From NCBI GenBank assembly GCA_030141605.1, contig JAQGDQ010001469.1:1-39323 (forward strand): 39,323 nt of DNA, written 5' to 3'. The notes beneath the pieces were generated by a model that saw nothing but the letters and a program-made list of their open reading frames with translations, was not told where the DNA came from and ran no database searches. Both the position numbers and the translations under genes were made by a program. Positions 12,001 through 23,422 of this stretch are shown here, piece by piece (position 1 is the first letter of the stretch; the number at the start of each line of letters is the position of its first letter). The DNA comes from Tubiluchus corallicola (taxonomy: Eukaryota > Animalia > Priapulida).

Positions 12001-15000
12001 ACAAGACACAATACTAATCCATAATATACAATCATTTTATAAGAATGCTGAACAATCAACTAAACATACGTTTCATCAACGATCTACAAGTGATTTTGCA
12101 TGGGAACATACCATACAGTACAGTATCGTGGAATGCACCTGGCTTCAGATGCTGATTGGCTGGATGGCGTTACTTGTTGCGAAGCAACCCCAATCCAACG
12201 GCTGTTAAACTTTTCTACAATGTTTCTACAATTGCCGTAGCAGTGAAATAAACAGACCGGGTAACTGCGCTTAGTGCTGAGCGACAGTTTACCGCCTTCC
12301 GTCCCTTGCACGAAAAACATAGGTGGCGGTGTGCTGCCTTCTGTAGTGAAAGGGTTAACAATCAATCAAATTTAACACTACAGATAAACCATAACACATA
12401 AACATAACACATCCACTGCACAAAATCGATACAAAATCAAATCAAAATCGGCATCGTTATTAAAGATTTTCATGAAACACGATGAAGCAAAGAACACGTA
12501 CCAACTATGTCATCTTTTGCCAGCGAATTCAAGGCATTAATCTTTTTGAAGGAGAATCGCAGCTGCGGCACGGATGACACGTCGTCAGAACACAAGGTGA
12601 CAGAAGTGTCGTGATTAAACGTCATCTCATAATCGTTCTTCAAGTTCGAGTACTGTCTGTTTGCTGTTTTCAATGTGCCTTTGGATATGAAGTAAACCTA
12701 GAAGGACAATGTACAGAAGCATTGCATAGAAACTGCATCAGAAGACACATCATCAGGGATGAGAATGACAAATTGCAAAAAAACTCTGAAACAGGCCGGG
12801 AGTTTGGGGGCCACGTTGGCCCCCAATGGGGTTCAAGGGACCCCCCCCCTCGGAGCCAGCAACAAATTGCACATTCAAAAGTAAAATGGTATTCATCGTC
12901 TGTTTCATTATATAGGTTTTACATGTCAAATGTAGACCTGCGTTAACTCAAATGTAGATTTAGGTAATTCAAGTGTGTCTTGGTAACTCAAATGTAGACT
13001 TAGGTAACTCAAATGTGTTAACAATGGTTTTCAAGAAATCTTAAGCGCTTTTGGTAAGTCAAATGTAGACACATGTCAAGTCAAATGTGACATTGGTATC
13101 TCAAATGTAGATAGGTGGTAAAGTTTAAGGATGTTAAATTTAATCTCCTTTAACCTTAATTTAATAATTGCTGCTTAAATAATAACTTTATAGGTCTACA
13201 AATAGTTCACTAATATTCTGTAAACTTTACATACCATTGGAACTGTTAGAGAAAACAACACATTCTTAAAATAAGCAATGTTTCTTGAGACAAACTAATT
13301 CATTAATGCAGTGCTAATGCGTTACTTATAAAACTAATTAGTGGTTCACTGTTCATTGGTTAATGGGAACCGATTTATTCTTTTCTACCGACATTTTTTG
13401 TAAAACGTTGATAAATAAAATGTTGAATTGGTGTATACATTAATAACTGTATAATTGTTAACTTATTTTTGTACAACACTTTTAAGTGTTCTTATCAAAT
13501 AAACATTTTCTTTACATTTGAAAAATGTATTAACATCCATACATTAAATATAATAAAAATTGATGCTGCCGATAGCACCATGACCATAAAATATGACTTT
13601 AATTTGGTTTTAGATTTTTCTAATTTGCACTTAAACGAGTTAATTACCGATTTATTCAAAGTACCGCATCTACATTTGACTTACCTAAGTCACATTTGAG
13701 TTACCAAAACACATTCGAAATTCCTATGTCTACATTTGACTTACCTAAGTCACATTTGAGTTACCAAAACACATTCGAAATTCCTATGTCTACATTTGAC
13801 TTACCTAAGTCACATTTGAGTTACCAAAACACATTCGAAATTCCTATGTCTACATTTGACTTACCTAAGTCACATTTGAGTTACCAAAACACATTCGAAA
13901 TTCCTATGTCTACATTTGACTTACCTAAGTCACATTTGAGTTACAAAACACATTCGAAATTCCTATGTCTACATTTGACACCTAAGTCACATTTGAGTTA
14001 CCAAAACACATTCGAAATTCCTATGTCTCCATTTGACTTACCTAAGTCACATTTGAGTTACCAAAACACATTCGAAATTCCTATGTCTACATTTGACTTA
14101 CCTAAGTCACATTTGAGTTACCAAAACACATTCGAAATTCCTATGTCTTCATTTGACTTACCTAAGTCACATTTGAGTTACCAAAACACATTCGAAATTC
14201 CTATGTCTACATTTGACTTACCTAAGTCACATTTGAGTTACCAAAACACATTCGAAATTCCTATGTCTACATTTGACTTACCTAAGTCACATTTGAGTTA
14301 CCAAAACACATTCGAAATTCCTATGTCTACATTTGACTTACCTAAGTCACATTTGAGTTACCAAAACACATTCGAAATTCCTATGTCTACATTTGACTTA
14401 CCTAAGTCACATTTGAACTTTCCTGTGTCTACATATGACGTGTAAAACCTATAAGAAGTACAAAGCGGATGTGCAAAATTAATCTCATCTTTCCTTCCGT
14501 TCCTAGCTGCTTCTACTTTACCTTGTTCTCTTCTATCATGTCGAAGAACTTATCACATTCGGCATTAAACGCCGTTGCTCTGATCTCTCCGCTCTCGTCG
14601 ACTAGATCCATGGAGAAGAGCTTTCCGTCTCCGCGCGAATTCGACCACGTGCGGATGCTGCTCTTCTTGGTAACACGGACTTTGATTGTCCACCTAAAAT
14701 ACAGGGATGAGAATGACAAATTGCAAAAAACTCTGAAACAGGCCGGGGGTTTTGGGGCCACCTGAGCCCCCACTGGAGTTCAAGGGGAGCCAGCAACAAA
14801 TTGCAATTTCGTGACCATAGAGAGCCTCTAAGTGGACTTAAAATATCAATTGCCTTGTTTCATGCATAATTTAAAATACTCAACTATCAAGGATACATGA
14901 TACCTAATTGTCTCAAAAACGCCTAAGTACTGGCTGCTACTGTGCAAAAGTATATAAAAACTGTCTGCAATTGACTCAAACAACTCCGCACAATTGATTC

Positions 15001-18000
15001 TATATTTTTATACATAGAGATCTACACGTGGTTACACTGATGTACGTGATGTAAACAAAGTGACGGCCTGCCAACTAGCCGTCAGCTTGTGAAATAATGT
15101 ACTGGGTCCGTAAAAATTTTCTCAACGAATTTACGCGATTTACAAAAATGGCACTACTGGCCTTCCAAAAACTCGGAATTCCGGGTATCCACGGAAAATT
15201 CTCATCCCTGAAAACATTGCAAAACATTTCCCTAGCAAATTCCTGACTGAATGAACAACACTGAAGCCAAAGCAGAACTTAATGTAAAGAACATCATATT
15301 ATGAATCGCAATTTAATCCGAGTCTCAGTTTGAAATAATTTTCGAATCCGGATCAGATATGAATCTCACTTTCCAATAATCTTCGTAATTGTACAATAAT
15401 TCGATTTGAATATTGACACTTTTGTAAACCGAATCTTATTCGAACGCATCGGTGGCGCCATTACCTGCACCTGGTGCAAAAATGTACGGGTTAAAAAAAC
15501 ACATTCGTCTAAGCCAGATTGTGAGCAACATTGTGCTAAAGTAATAAAAAAAATCTTAGCGTTTTTGTTGAAACTAGCCGCTAAAATCGACACGGGCCAA
15601 AACTGAATACGGCAACATCTTCTGCGTATTTCACGTAGGACAAAATGATCAAAAATGGCGGCGATTTATGTAATTTTGCCAAAAAATTTACAGGTAAGAG
15701 AGTGTATAATTGCTCTTATAATAAAGAGCTTTTGCAGTCTAAGCTAAACCGAATTTTTCTAAAAAAAACTCTGCTGAATGTGCAGAACTTCGGCGAATCA
15801 AATCGAAACTCCGATTAGGATTCCGTTTTGAAGCTACCGGTTCCGGTGGAGCTTCGTGACATCCCTAAAAATTACGCGATATAGACGACTGTGGTTAAAC
15901 CAGAACCTAGCGATTATCTAGGATAATCTAACCAGACAAAACACTATACCAGAAGGCATCTTACCCTGGTTGAGATGAACATAGTCTCTTTCAACACGAC
16001 AAATGAACAAGAATGAGGAGGACCCCAAGAAGCAGTTCTTCCTACAGTCCCCCATCCATTTACTAACCTGACTCAGTGCTGCTTAACACCAATCATCAAG
16101 CACTATTCTTCTCACCCTAACAGTTAACCTTAAAAAACAACTTCACGTTACCTTAGTAGCGGATACACTCACCTATTTTGGTAAGGTGTCAAACTTTCGA
16201 TGGGAAACACAGCAGCTACAGTGCCACCTGGTGTACGAGGAAGATTAGAGGCGCCAAACGGAGCATTAGTCGCCGACTGCTTGTGGGCGCCCGGATAGAA
16301 ACTACTACCTCCCATCGGGCGCTTTTCTGACACACGTTGTCCCTCTTCTGAAAACGTTAAAAATTCAGAGCAAAGTATTTTATACCATCGGGTTACAACA
16401 CGGGAACATGAATACACTCACATCTTGGTTTGCCGGACCTCGCTTTTACGGATGTCGGAAGAATCGGACAAAACCTGGATAGTTAAGAAAGTCCCGCATG
16501 CTACGGACGCACAATCCGTTGTTTTGCGAGCTGACCGCTAGTTTACATCATTTATATCAGTGTAACCAAGCGGCGTGTAACCGAGTGTACTTAACAGGAT
16601 TGTTTCTACGTATACTATAGTGCGTAAAAGCGAAGTACGACGACATAAAAATAGTAAAAGCTCATTGGTCACACAAAAGTGTGTTATTTAATCATGTGCA
16701 GAAAAATATAATACTAATTATACAAAGTTATTTGAGTCAATTGCTGACAGTTTTTATATACTTTTGCATAGGAGAGGCCCGTACCAGCTTAGTATCGGCA
16801 AATTCGGACCGATGACTGCCCGCTTTTGTCTGGCAAATCGAGACATGAGCATATGATACAAACTGTTACTACTGAAAACTTTACTATCTTCCATTCAGAG
16901 AAGCAGAATTGGTACAGCAGAAAGGCAAATGATTTAACGTGTCCTGTTAACATTGTTCTTGAAGCAGCTCAGATTGTACTTAGATATTGACAATTTATGT
17001 AAGAAATATTTGCAGGATTCGGTAAGCTATTGCAGCGGGATTACAGTCTTTGCTAGCAGTTTAACACTAAAACAGTCCAGTTGATATTACTATCATTGAC
17101 ACACTTGTAACACGCACATTACTTAGTAATAAGTTGCGCAGTATATAGAAGTAGCTTCTCCAAGTGAAAAAAATGTAAATGATCGTCTACTTATGACCTA
17201 TATACATATATACATACATACATACATATATATATATATATACACAGTGTTCCCTCGCTACCTCGTTTGTTTATCTCGGACTCCCTGTTTCGTGGGTTTT
17301 CAAAAATATTAATGTAAAATATTTATTGCAGTATTTTCGCTGTTTCGCAGGTTTTTGCGGTACTCTGTCTAAAGTATTTTTGCACATGCGTAGTATGTAT
17401 TGTACAGTAATGTATAGATTTGATGAATTTTGCATAAAAAATCACAAAATGTATAAAAATATATTAAAAATATTAATTCTAACATTAAAAGGCTCAGGTA
17501 CGTGATTGGCCCATGTACCATGCAATTTGTTTTTTTTCGCTGTGCCCAGCTACCCCCTCTCAGCTCTTCCACTTCACGTTAGCACCCGACTGTCGCATGT
17601 GCGTAGTTTTCATCTGCGGTGAACATTTCAGAAAGTTTTTTCAAAGGGACATGCACAGTATGGGAAAAGTTATTAAGCGAATGGGACGGAACACCCGCGA
17701 TAAGTGAGGGAACACTGTATATATAGGTTTTACACGTCAAATGTAGACACAGGAAAGTTCAAATGTGACTTAGGTAAGTCAAATGTAGGCATAGAAATTC
17801 TACATTTTATTTGTCAACGTTTTACAAAAAATGTCGGGAGAAAAGAATAAATCGGTTCCCACTTCCCAATGAACAGTGAATCACTAATTAGTTTTTTAAG
17901 TAATGCATTAGCACTGCATTAATGAATTAGTTTCTGTCAAGAAACATTGCTTATTTTAAGAACGTATTGTTTTCTCTAACAGTTCCAATGGTATGTAAAG

Positions 18001-21000
18001 TTTACAGAATATTAGTGAACCTATAACGTTGTTATTTTAACTTAAGAGCAATTATTAAATTGAAATTAAAGAAGATTAAATTTAACATCCTTAAACTTTA
18101 CCACCTATCCACATTTGAGATACCAATGTCGCATTTGACTTGACTTGTGTCTACGTTTGACTTACCAAAAACGCTCAAGATTTGTTGAAAACCATCGTTA
18201 ACACATTTGAATTACCTAAGTCTACATTTGAGTTACCAAGACACATTTGAATTACCTAAATCTACATTTGAGTTACCAAGACACATTTGAACCACCTAAG
18301 TCTACATTTGAGTTACCAAGACACATTTGAATTACCTAAATCTACATTTGACATGTAAAACCTATATAAATATCTTAATTTGCCATAAAATAATGATAGT
18401 ATACATTATACAGTGTGAAATATCATTCAGTGATAGCATGGACTACAGACACTGTACCATGAAGCATTGAAAAGCACGATAACTTTTCCACATACTCACC
18501 CATGGGACGGTGAACGGCAGACTGATGTCCCATTGACAAACCATTCGCCTGAGGCTGATTAGAAGTTTGCGCCATTTGCTGTTGATAATTTTGAGGATTA
18601 CCGATCTTTCCACCGACAGCTGAGCCCGGATTAAGAATCGATACGCCAAGAATGATGATCACACGTCTGCAGAAACAGAAATAAACTTACAGCATCTGCA
18701 GCCAAAGTCAGTAATACAAAAACTACTAAAGCATAAGAAAACAATCTTCAAAAATAACGTTAAAAAATTGTTATCAAATTTTATATCACTTACATGCTAG
18801 CTTATTGCATACAGAGCTTGCGTTAGTAGTAACAGCGTATAAAACTTGTAAATTTAAATTCCAGTGAAGACCACTAGCATGGCATAAAACAAAAATTATT
18901 AAAGCACAAGACAACGTTCTTCATTTGAATCACCTAAATCGCTAAGTGATTTCTACGCTTATTTTTCTCCGCTTTTTCATGCAGGAACAACTATGTTTTT
19001 CTTTTAAAGGAATTCTATTATGTTTTTCTTATCAATTATATCATGTCTACTGTTTGAATAAACATTTTTGCATTATTATATTTGTTTTAGTAATACTTTA
19101 CTGTTCATTTGGTGCTTGAGAACGGATTATTTGCGTTTACATTATTTCTTATGGGAATAAATGATTCGGTATTCAACCAAATCGGTTTTCAAACACTTTG
19201 TAGGAATGAATTATGGTCGAAAACAGAGGTACTACTGTACTAGAGAAATCTGTCCCATCACATGTGCCAACATGACAAGGTTAGTAGTAGGTAAACAAAC
19301 ATTGTTAACATATAAACATAAGAACAAAAAAGTCAATCTAAACCATTGTGTAGTTTAGCTAGTAGAGGATCTCGAAGATTTCAGCATATGAAGAGCACCC
19401 GTATTGCTGTTTGCCAGGAGGCAATTTTTAACACATTTAACGATAAGAACTCCATGCAGTGTGAAGCAGATGTTTAACATTTAGAACGGTATATTATTTG
19501 CAGTTTTACTTTTGTGATTAAAGGAACAATCCTTAAATTAGTATGATTCGAAACATTTATATTTGTGCTTACGCTCTATACGGTATGGCAGTATTTTATG
19601 TAATTATTTTGTTGTTGTTATTTCAGCCTGATCATTGCTGCAATATCATAAATAAACCACTTTGATTGATTCAGCAAAAACTTCCATAGTTATTTAGCTA
19701 GCTTAGGTACTGAATGAGTTCTTGGGTTTCTAACTTTAAATTCAATAAAATTCAAGAACTGAATCTCTTGCTTTCGGCACAGATTTTCAGCCACGACAAA
19801 TTAATCAGGAATTTGAGAAAACACAGTGATTACGGTCGGCTTACCTGTCCGGATTTACCTTGTTACACAAATACTTATCAACGCTGATTACTGTGTTCGT
19901 TTCAAGCTGTCCCGATACTGCCAAATTGTTAAGTTGCGTAGCCAACATGGCAGCTAGAAGTAAACAAACACCAGTTGAAATAAAGTGAAAAATAAAACAA
20001 TTTATAAAATGCCAAAAAACAGTTTAATCAGTTAGTTGCTGCTGTTATGCCAGGGACACAACTACAGGTACGGTAGAGTATGTCACTATAGCAAGCGGGC
20101 TCTTGGACGAAACTACAGACAAAACTGCGAGGAAACACGGGCATCACCAACAGTTTAAGCACATCAAGCAATTTACAAGAATTTGTGCATCAGACAACAA
20201 CAGATTTTCAACGTTTTTATCATTATGAGAATTTTGCGAGCCAACTTCTTCAGGAGAAAATGAAGCAGCCAATTTTGAAAGAATGTTTGTAACTTATATA
20301 AATGTTTAATACTTATATAAATTAATATTATAAAATCTTTTGTTTTAATTTTTAACTGCATAAAAGAATTTAGGCATTACTTTGTTTCTAAAATTCACCA
20401 AAAACTTTTGCAGTGCATAGCAAGCTGGTGACTCATACTTCTACCTGTAATGCTACACTCATCGGTTAATAGGTTCAGTCGGTTAATTGAGTCAAAGCAC
20501 TCCAGTCCCAAAGTGAGTCTATAAAGGAAAACCGGGCGATTGTTTAGACTCAATCTCATTTTAATTCACTGTCCAAATATACATTTTCTTGAATATAAAA
20601 GTTAGCAATTGTTCCTTATATTTGAATAATTAGCTTAGAAAGTTAACTAACGGCAACCGAACACAGCTAGTGCTTACGTCAGAAGCTAACCACAGTTTGT
20701 GCAATGGCAGGCGTCTTTCCTTGCGCGTCAAGCACATTTACATAGCTGTTACATTACTGTTTAAATGCATGATGCCACAAAATGGGTTATACGTCATACG
20801 ACGTTATGAAACTAACACAGCAGTTCACGATCATGCTTATCACTGTACCGTCTTCTATTTGTCGACCACGCACACGTGACAAAAAGGCACCGCTGCCATT
20901 CCTAGTTGATTCACTGAGCCGCGCGTAGCTTTGAAAGTTTAATGAAATTTGAATATCCGAGGTAATTATTATTTAATCTAAGCTTTGATTTAAAATAAGC

Positions 21001-23054
21001 AATTGTAGTTTTCAATATTTTAGAGGATTCTCTATTCTGAACTCGTGTTTACACAATCATCCGGTCTTCCTTTAAACGGCACCTACTATATCAAATTACG
21101 AGAAAGAGAATTATAAAATTTCAAAATTGCTCATCACTTCATAGTATCTCCGAAAAACAAGTGGCCTTAGTTAAATAAATTTAGAAATAGACTAACACGA
21201 CACACTGCAAACTCCATCTGACAAGAGCAGCCGATACCGATCCACCGTCGATGTCTGATTAGCGATTTTCTTCAAACCCTGCAAAAACAGTGAGAATGAT
21301 CGATATACGAATCAAATGAATACGACAAGTCCTCACTCAACGATGCATTTCGGCAATACGCGACGCTAAGTGAAACGTCATGAAACGAAACCAAAACTTC
21401 CACAGGAATTAATGTAAACAAATTGAGATACATTCCAGAACTAACAATCAATGCATCAATGTTCTAAAACAAAAGCAAGTGGTTTAAAGCAAGTGGAAAG
21501 AAATTAGTCAGTAGAAATATGAATAAAACTCATAAAACATTTAATATATATGATTTGAGCGAGTTTTATTCATATTTCTACTGACTAATTTCTTTCCACT
21601 TGCTTTAAACCACCTATCTTTCTCACTAGTATCTAGCTAGACTTTCTAGCGATTGCTCCTTCCATCTAAACACCACCTAATGAAGACACGGCCATGAATG
21701 GAGCGACCTTGAGACCATTTCATGTTGTACTAATCTGGTTGTTATAGCAACAGATTACAGAGAAAATTCCTTGGCATTTTGTCTGTAAAATTTAAGTTTA
21801 AACTTGGATGTCGCTTGATACAAACGGCTAGAATTTAGTATGTAAGCAGCCGGGAAGCAAAAACATTATAATAATTACACTGTTTACGTTAGTAATGCAT
21901 TTTTTACAATGCAGTATGTACCGTTTTAAGGATTCAAATCTGGTAAAAAAAGTTGTAGATAAAATAAAAAATGGCTGCGAGCAACGTCAAAAAATCGTTG
22001 TTAAAACGAAACTGTGCGTCGTTAAGTGAGAAAAAGGTGTCAAATGTTCAGCGTCGTTAAAACGAAACTTCGCTAAACGGGGAGTCGTTAAGTGAGGACT
22101 TACTATACAGCTAAACTCACTGTATAACTGCTCTTAAACATACACGGTCACTTGTACCTAAAAATTCCATTCCCTGTACTATTAAAACACAGTGTTAATG
22201 TTTCACACAACAAATAAAGTACTGCAGGTTTTACATGTCAAATGTAGACCTGCGTTAACTCAAATGTAGATTAAGGTAATTCAAATGTGTCTTGGTAACT
22301 CAAATGTAGACTTAGGTAGTTCAAATGTGTTAACAATGGTTTTCAACAAATCTTAAGCGCTTTTGGTAAATCAAATGTAGACACATGTCAAGTCAAATGT
22401 GTCTTGGTAACTCAAATGTAGATTTAGTGGGTAGTTCAAATGTGTTAGCAATGGTTTTCAAGAAATCTTAATAGGCTGAAATAAAGCGTCTTCTTGCAGA
22501 TATTAGAGAAAATCTTCTAGTGCAGAATCACGGTCAGAGAATGGCAATATTAGCTCAGTTGGCAGAACAGTCTGTTAATATCATAACGACCGCAGATGCA
22601 GGCCATTTTGTTATTTGCACTTAAATAAGTTAATTACCGATTTATTCAAAGTACCGCAGTACATTTGAATTACCTAAGTCACATTTGAGTTACCAAAACA
22701 CATTCGAAACTCCTATGTCTATATTTGACTTACCTAAGTGACATTTGAGTTACCAAAACACATTTGAAATTCCTATGTCTACATTTGACTTACCTAAGTC
22801 ACATTTGAGTTGCCAAAACACATTCGAAACTCCTATGTCGACATTTGACTTACCTAAGTCACATTTGAGTTACCAAAACACATTCGAAACTCCTATGTCT
22901 ACATTTGACTTACCTAAGTCACATTTGAACTTTCCTGCGTCTACATTTGACTTGAAAAACCTATAAATTTTCAAGTTCATTTTGCTTTTTTGCAGAAAAC
23001 AAACTATACTTGCCAAAACTTGTAGAACAGGGTCCTTGATTTCGTCTCCGTTCA

Positions 23055-23055
<1 letters not shown>
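5965..23055 (-). CDS. RPA1: RPA1 inverted middle copy, exons 2(part)-11; lacks exon 1 and exons 12+ (truncated gene or pseudogene with intact frame)
   Basis: Exons 23055-23014, 21278-21197, 19953-19845, 18666-18500, 16347-16173, 14693-14522, 12697-12502, 10481-10272, 7984-7838, 6092-5965 have the same lengths and splice dinucleotides as in the + copies (exon 2 lacks its first 6 nt and acceptor). Total 1428 nt = 476 codons from the Met14 equivalent; no stop or frameshift seen. Confidence 0.9.
6119..6394. repeat. 43-bp minisatellite, mirror copy with shortened units
   Basis: Reverse complement of the 1791-2076 unit; some units are cut at gcacttaa. Confidence 0.9.
7838..7984 (-). CDS. RPA1: RPA1 exon 10, middle copy
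   Basis: Reverse complement of 270-416, only silent changes seen. Confidence 0.9.
8469..8884. repeat. 35-bp minisatellite, about 12 units
   Basis: Unit atctaaatagt(g/c)ggcttcatgcaatgcata(c/t)atgc. Confidence 0.95.
10272..10481 (-). CDS. RPA1: RPA1 exon 9, middle copy
   Basis: [27 protein letters not shown], 210 nt, inside ORF 10240..10533. Confidence 0.9.
10703..11320. mobile_element. Unclassified TIR element (mirror about 37529-38126; partial copy about 4147-4735)
   Basis: caaaaatcgtccataagtcagca...tgccgacttatggaagattttg; three related copies in the window. Confidence 0.65.
11676..12354. mobile_element. piggyBac-like non-autonomous element
   Basis: TTAA|CCCTTTCACTAC...GTAGTGAAAGGG|TTAA, internal CA-rich microsatellite. 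Confidence 0.85.
12502..12697 (-). CDS. RPA1: RPA1 exon 8, middle copy
   Basis: [31 protein letters not shown], 196 nt. Confidence 0.9.
12913..14451. mobile_element. Non-autonomous foldback-like TIR element with modular acatttga repeats (intron 7, middle copy)
   Basis: Ends taggttttacatgtcaaatgtaga...tctacatatgacgtgtaaaaccta, TATA flanks; five more copies in the window. Confidence 0.8.
13668..14417. repeat. 60-bp minisatellite, about 12.5 units, inside foldback-like element
   Basis: Unit tctacatttgacttacctaagtcacatttgagttaccaaaacacattcgaaattcctatg; explains the 249-aa repetitive ORF. Confidence 0.96.
14522..14693 (-). CDS. RPA1: RPA1 exon 7, middle copy
   Basis: [47 protein letters not shown], 172 nt. 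Confidence 0.92.
14702..15210. mobile_element. CAGGGATGAGAAT-TIR MITE, private to middle copy
   Basis: 13-bp TIR; flanks aaaata/aaaaca; absent at the mirror site near 34085. Confidence 0.85.
16173..16347 (-). CDS. RPA1: RPA1 exon 6, middle copy
   Basis: Linker plus [12 protein letters not shown], 175 nt. Confidence 0.88.
17245..17717. mobile_element. Tigger/pogo-like MITE (partial mirror at 30720-30993)
   Basis: TIR cagtgttccctc...gagggaacactg in a TA-rich site. Confidence 0.8.
17724..18364. mobile_element. Foldback-like element (intron 5, middle copy)
   Basis: Same TIRs and internal sequence. Confidence 0.8.
18500..18666 (-). CDS. RPA1: RPA1 exon 5, middle copy
   Basis: [24 protein letters not shown].., 167 nt. 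Confidence 0.88.
19845..19953 (-). CDS. RPA1: RPA1 exon 4, middle copy
   Basis: [35 protein letters not shown], 109 nt. Confidence 0.88.
21197..21278 (-). CDS. RPA1: RPA1 exon 3, middle copy
   Basis: [27 protein letters not shown], 82 nt. Confidence 0.88.
21321..22107. mobile_element. Tigger/pogo-like non-autonomous element (mirror about 26591-27377)
   Basis: Imperfect TIR aagtcctcactcaacga...tcgttaagtgaggactt. Confidence 0.65.
21479..21613. repeat. Perfect 53-bp inverted repeat with 29-nt loop (mirror 27085-27219)
   Basis: 21479-21531 is the exact reverse complement of 21561-21613. Confidence 0.93.
22226..22963. mobile_element. Foldback-like element (intron 2, middle copy)
   Basis: Same TIRs, different core, about 4 60-bp units. 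Confidence 0.78.
23014..23055 (-). CDS. RPA1: RPA1 exon 2 remnant, middle copy (starts at internal ATG)
   Basis: [14 protein letters not shown]; acceptor and first two codons replaced by an (AAC)n tract. Confidence 0.85.
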
Positions 23056-23097
<42 letters not shown>

Positions 23098-23115
23098 GCT
23101 GTTGTTGTTGTTGTT

Positions 23116-23153
<38 letters not shown>

Positions 23154-23284
23154 CGTTGTTGTTGTTGTTCTTGTTCTTGTTCTTGTTCTTGTTCTTGTTC
23201 TTGTTCTTGTTCTTGTTCTTGTTCTTGTTCTTGTTCTTGTTCTTGTTCTTGTTCTTGTTCTTGTTCTTGTTCTTGTTCTTATTT

Positions 23285-23328
<44 letters not shown>

Positions 23329-23341
23329 CTTGTTCTTATTT

Positions 23342-23404
<63 letters not shown>

Positions 23405-23422
23405 CTGTCGTCGTCATTGTCG
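23056..23422. repeat. Compound (GTT)n/(GTTCTT)n microsatellite
   Basis: Directly visible; source of the poly-L/LF and poly-T/TR ORFs. Confidence 0.97.

Noticed and set aside
13696-14445. 249-aa repeat protein ORF (also 22745..22966 and 25794..26015)
   Set aside because: Translation of a 60-bp minisatellite within a TIR element, with internal frameshifts.
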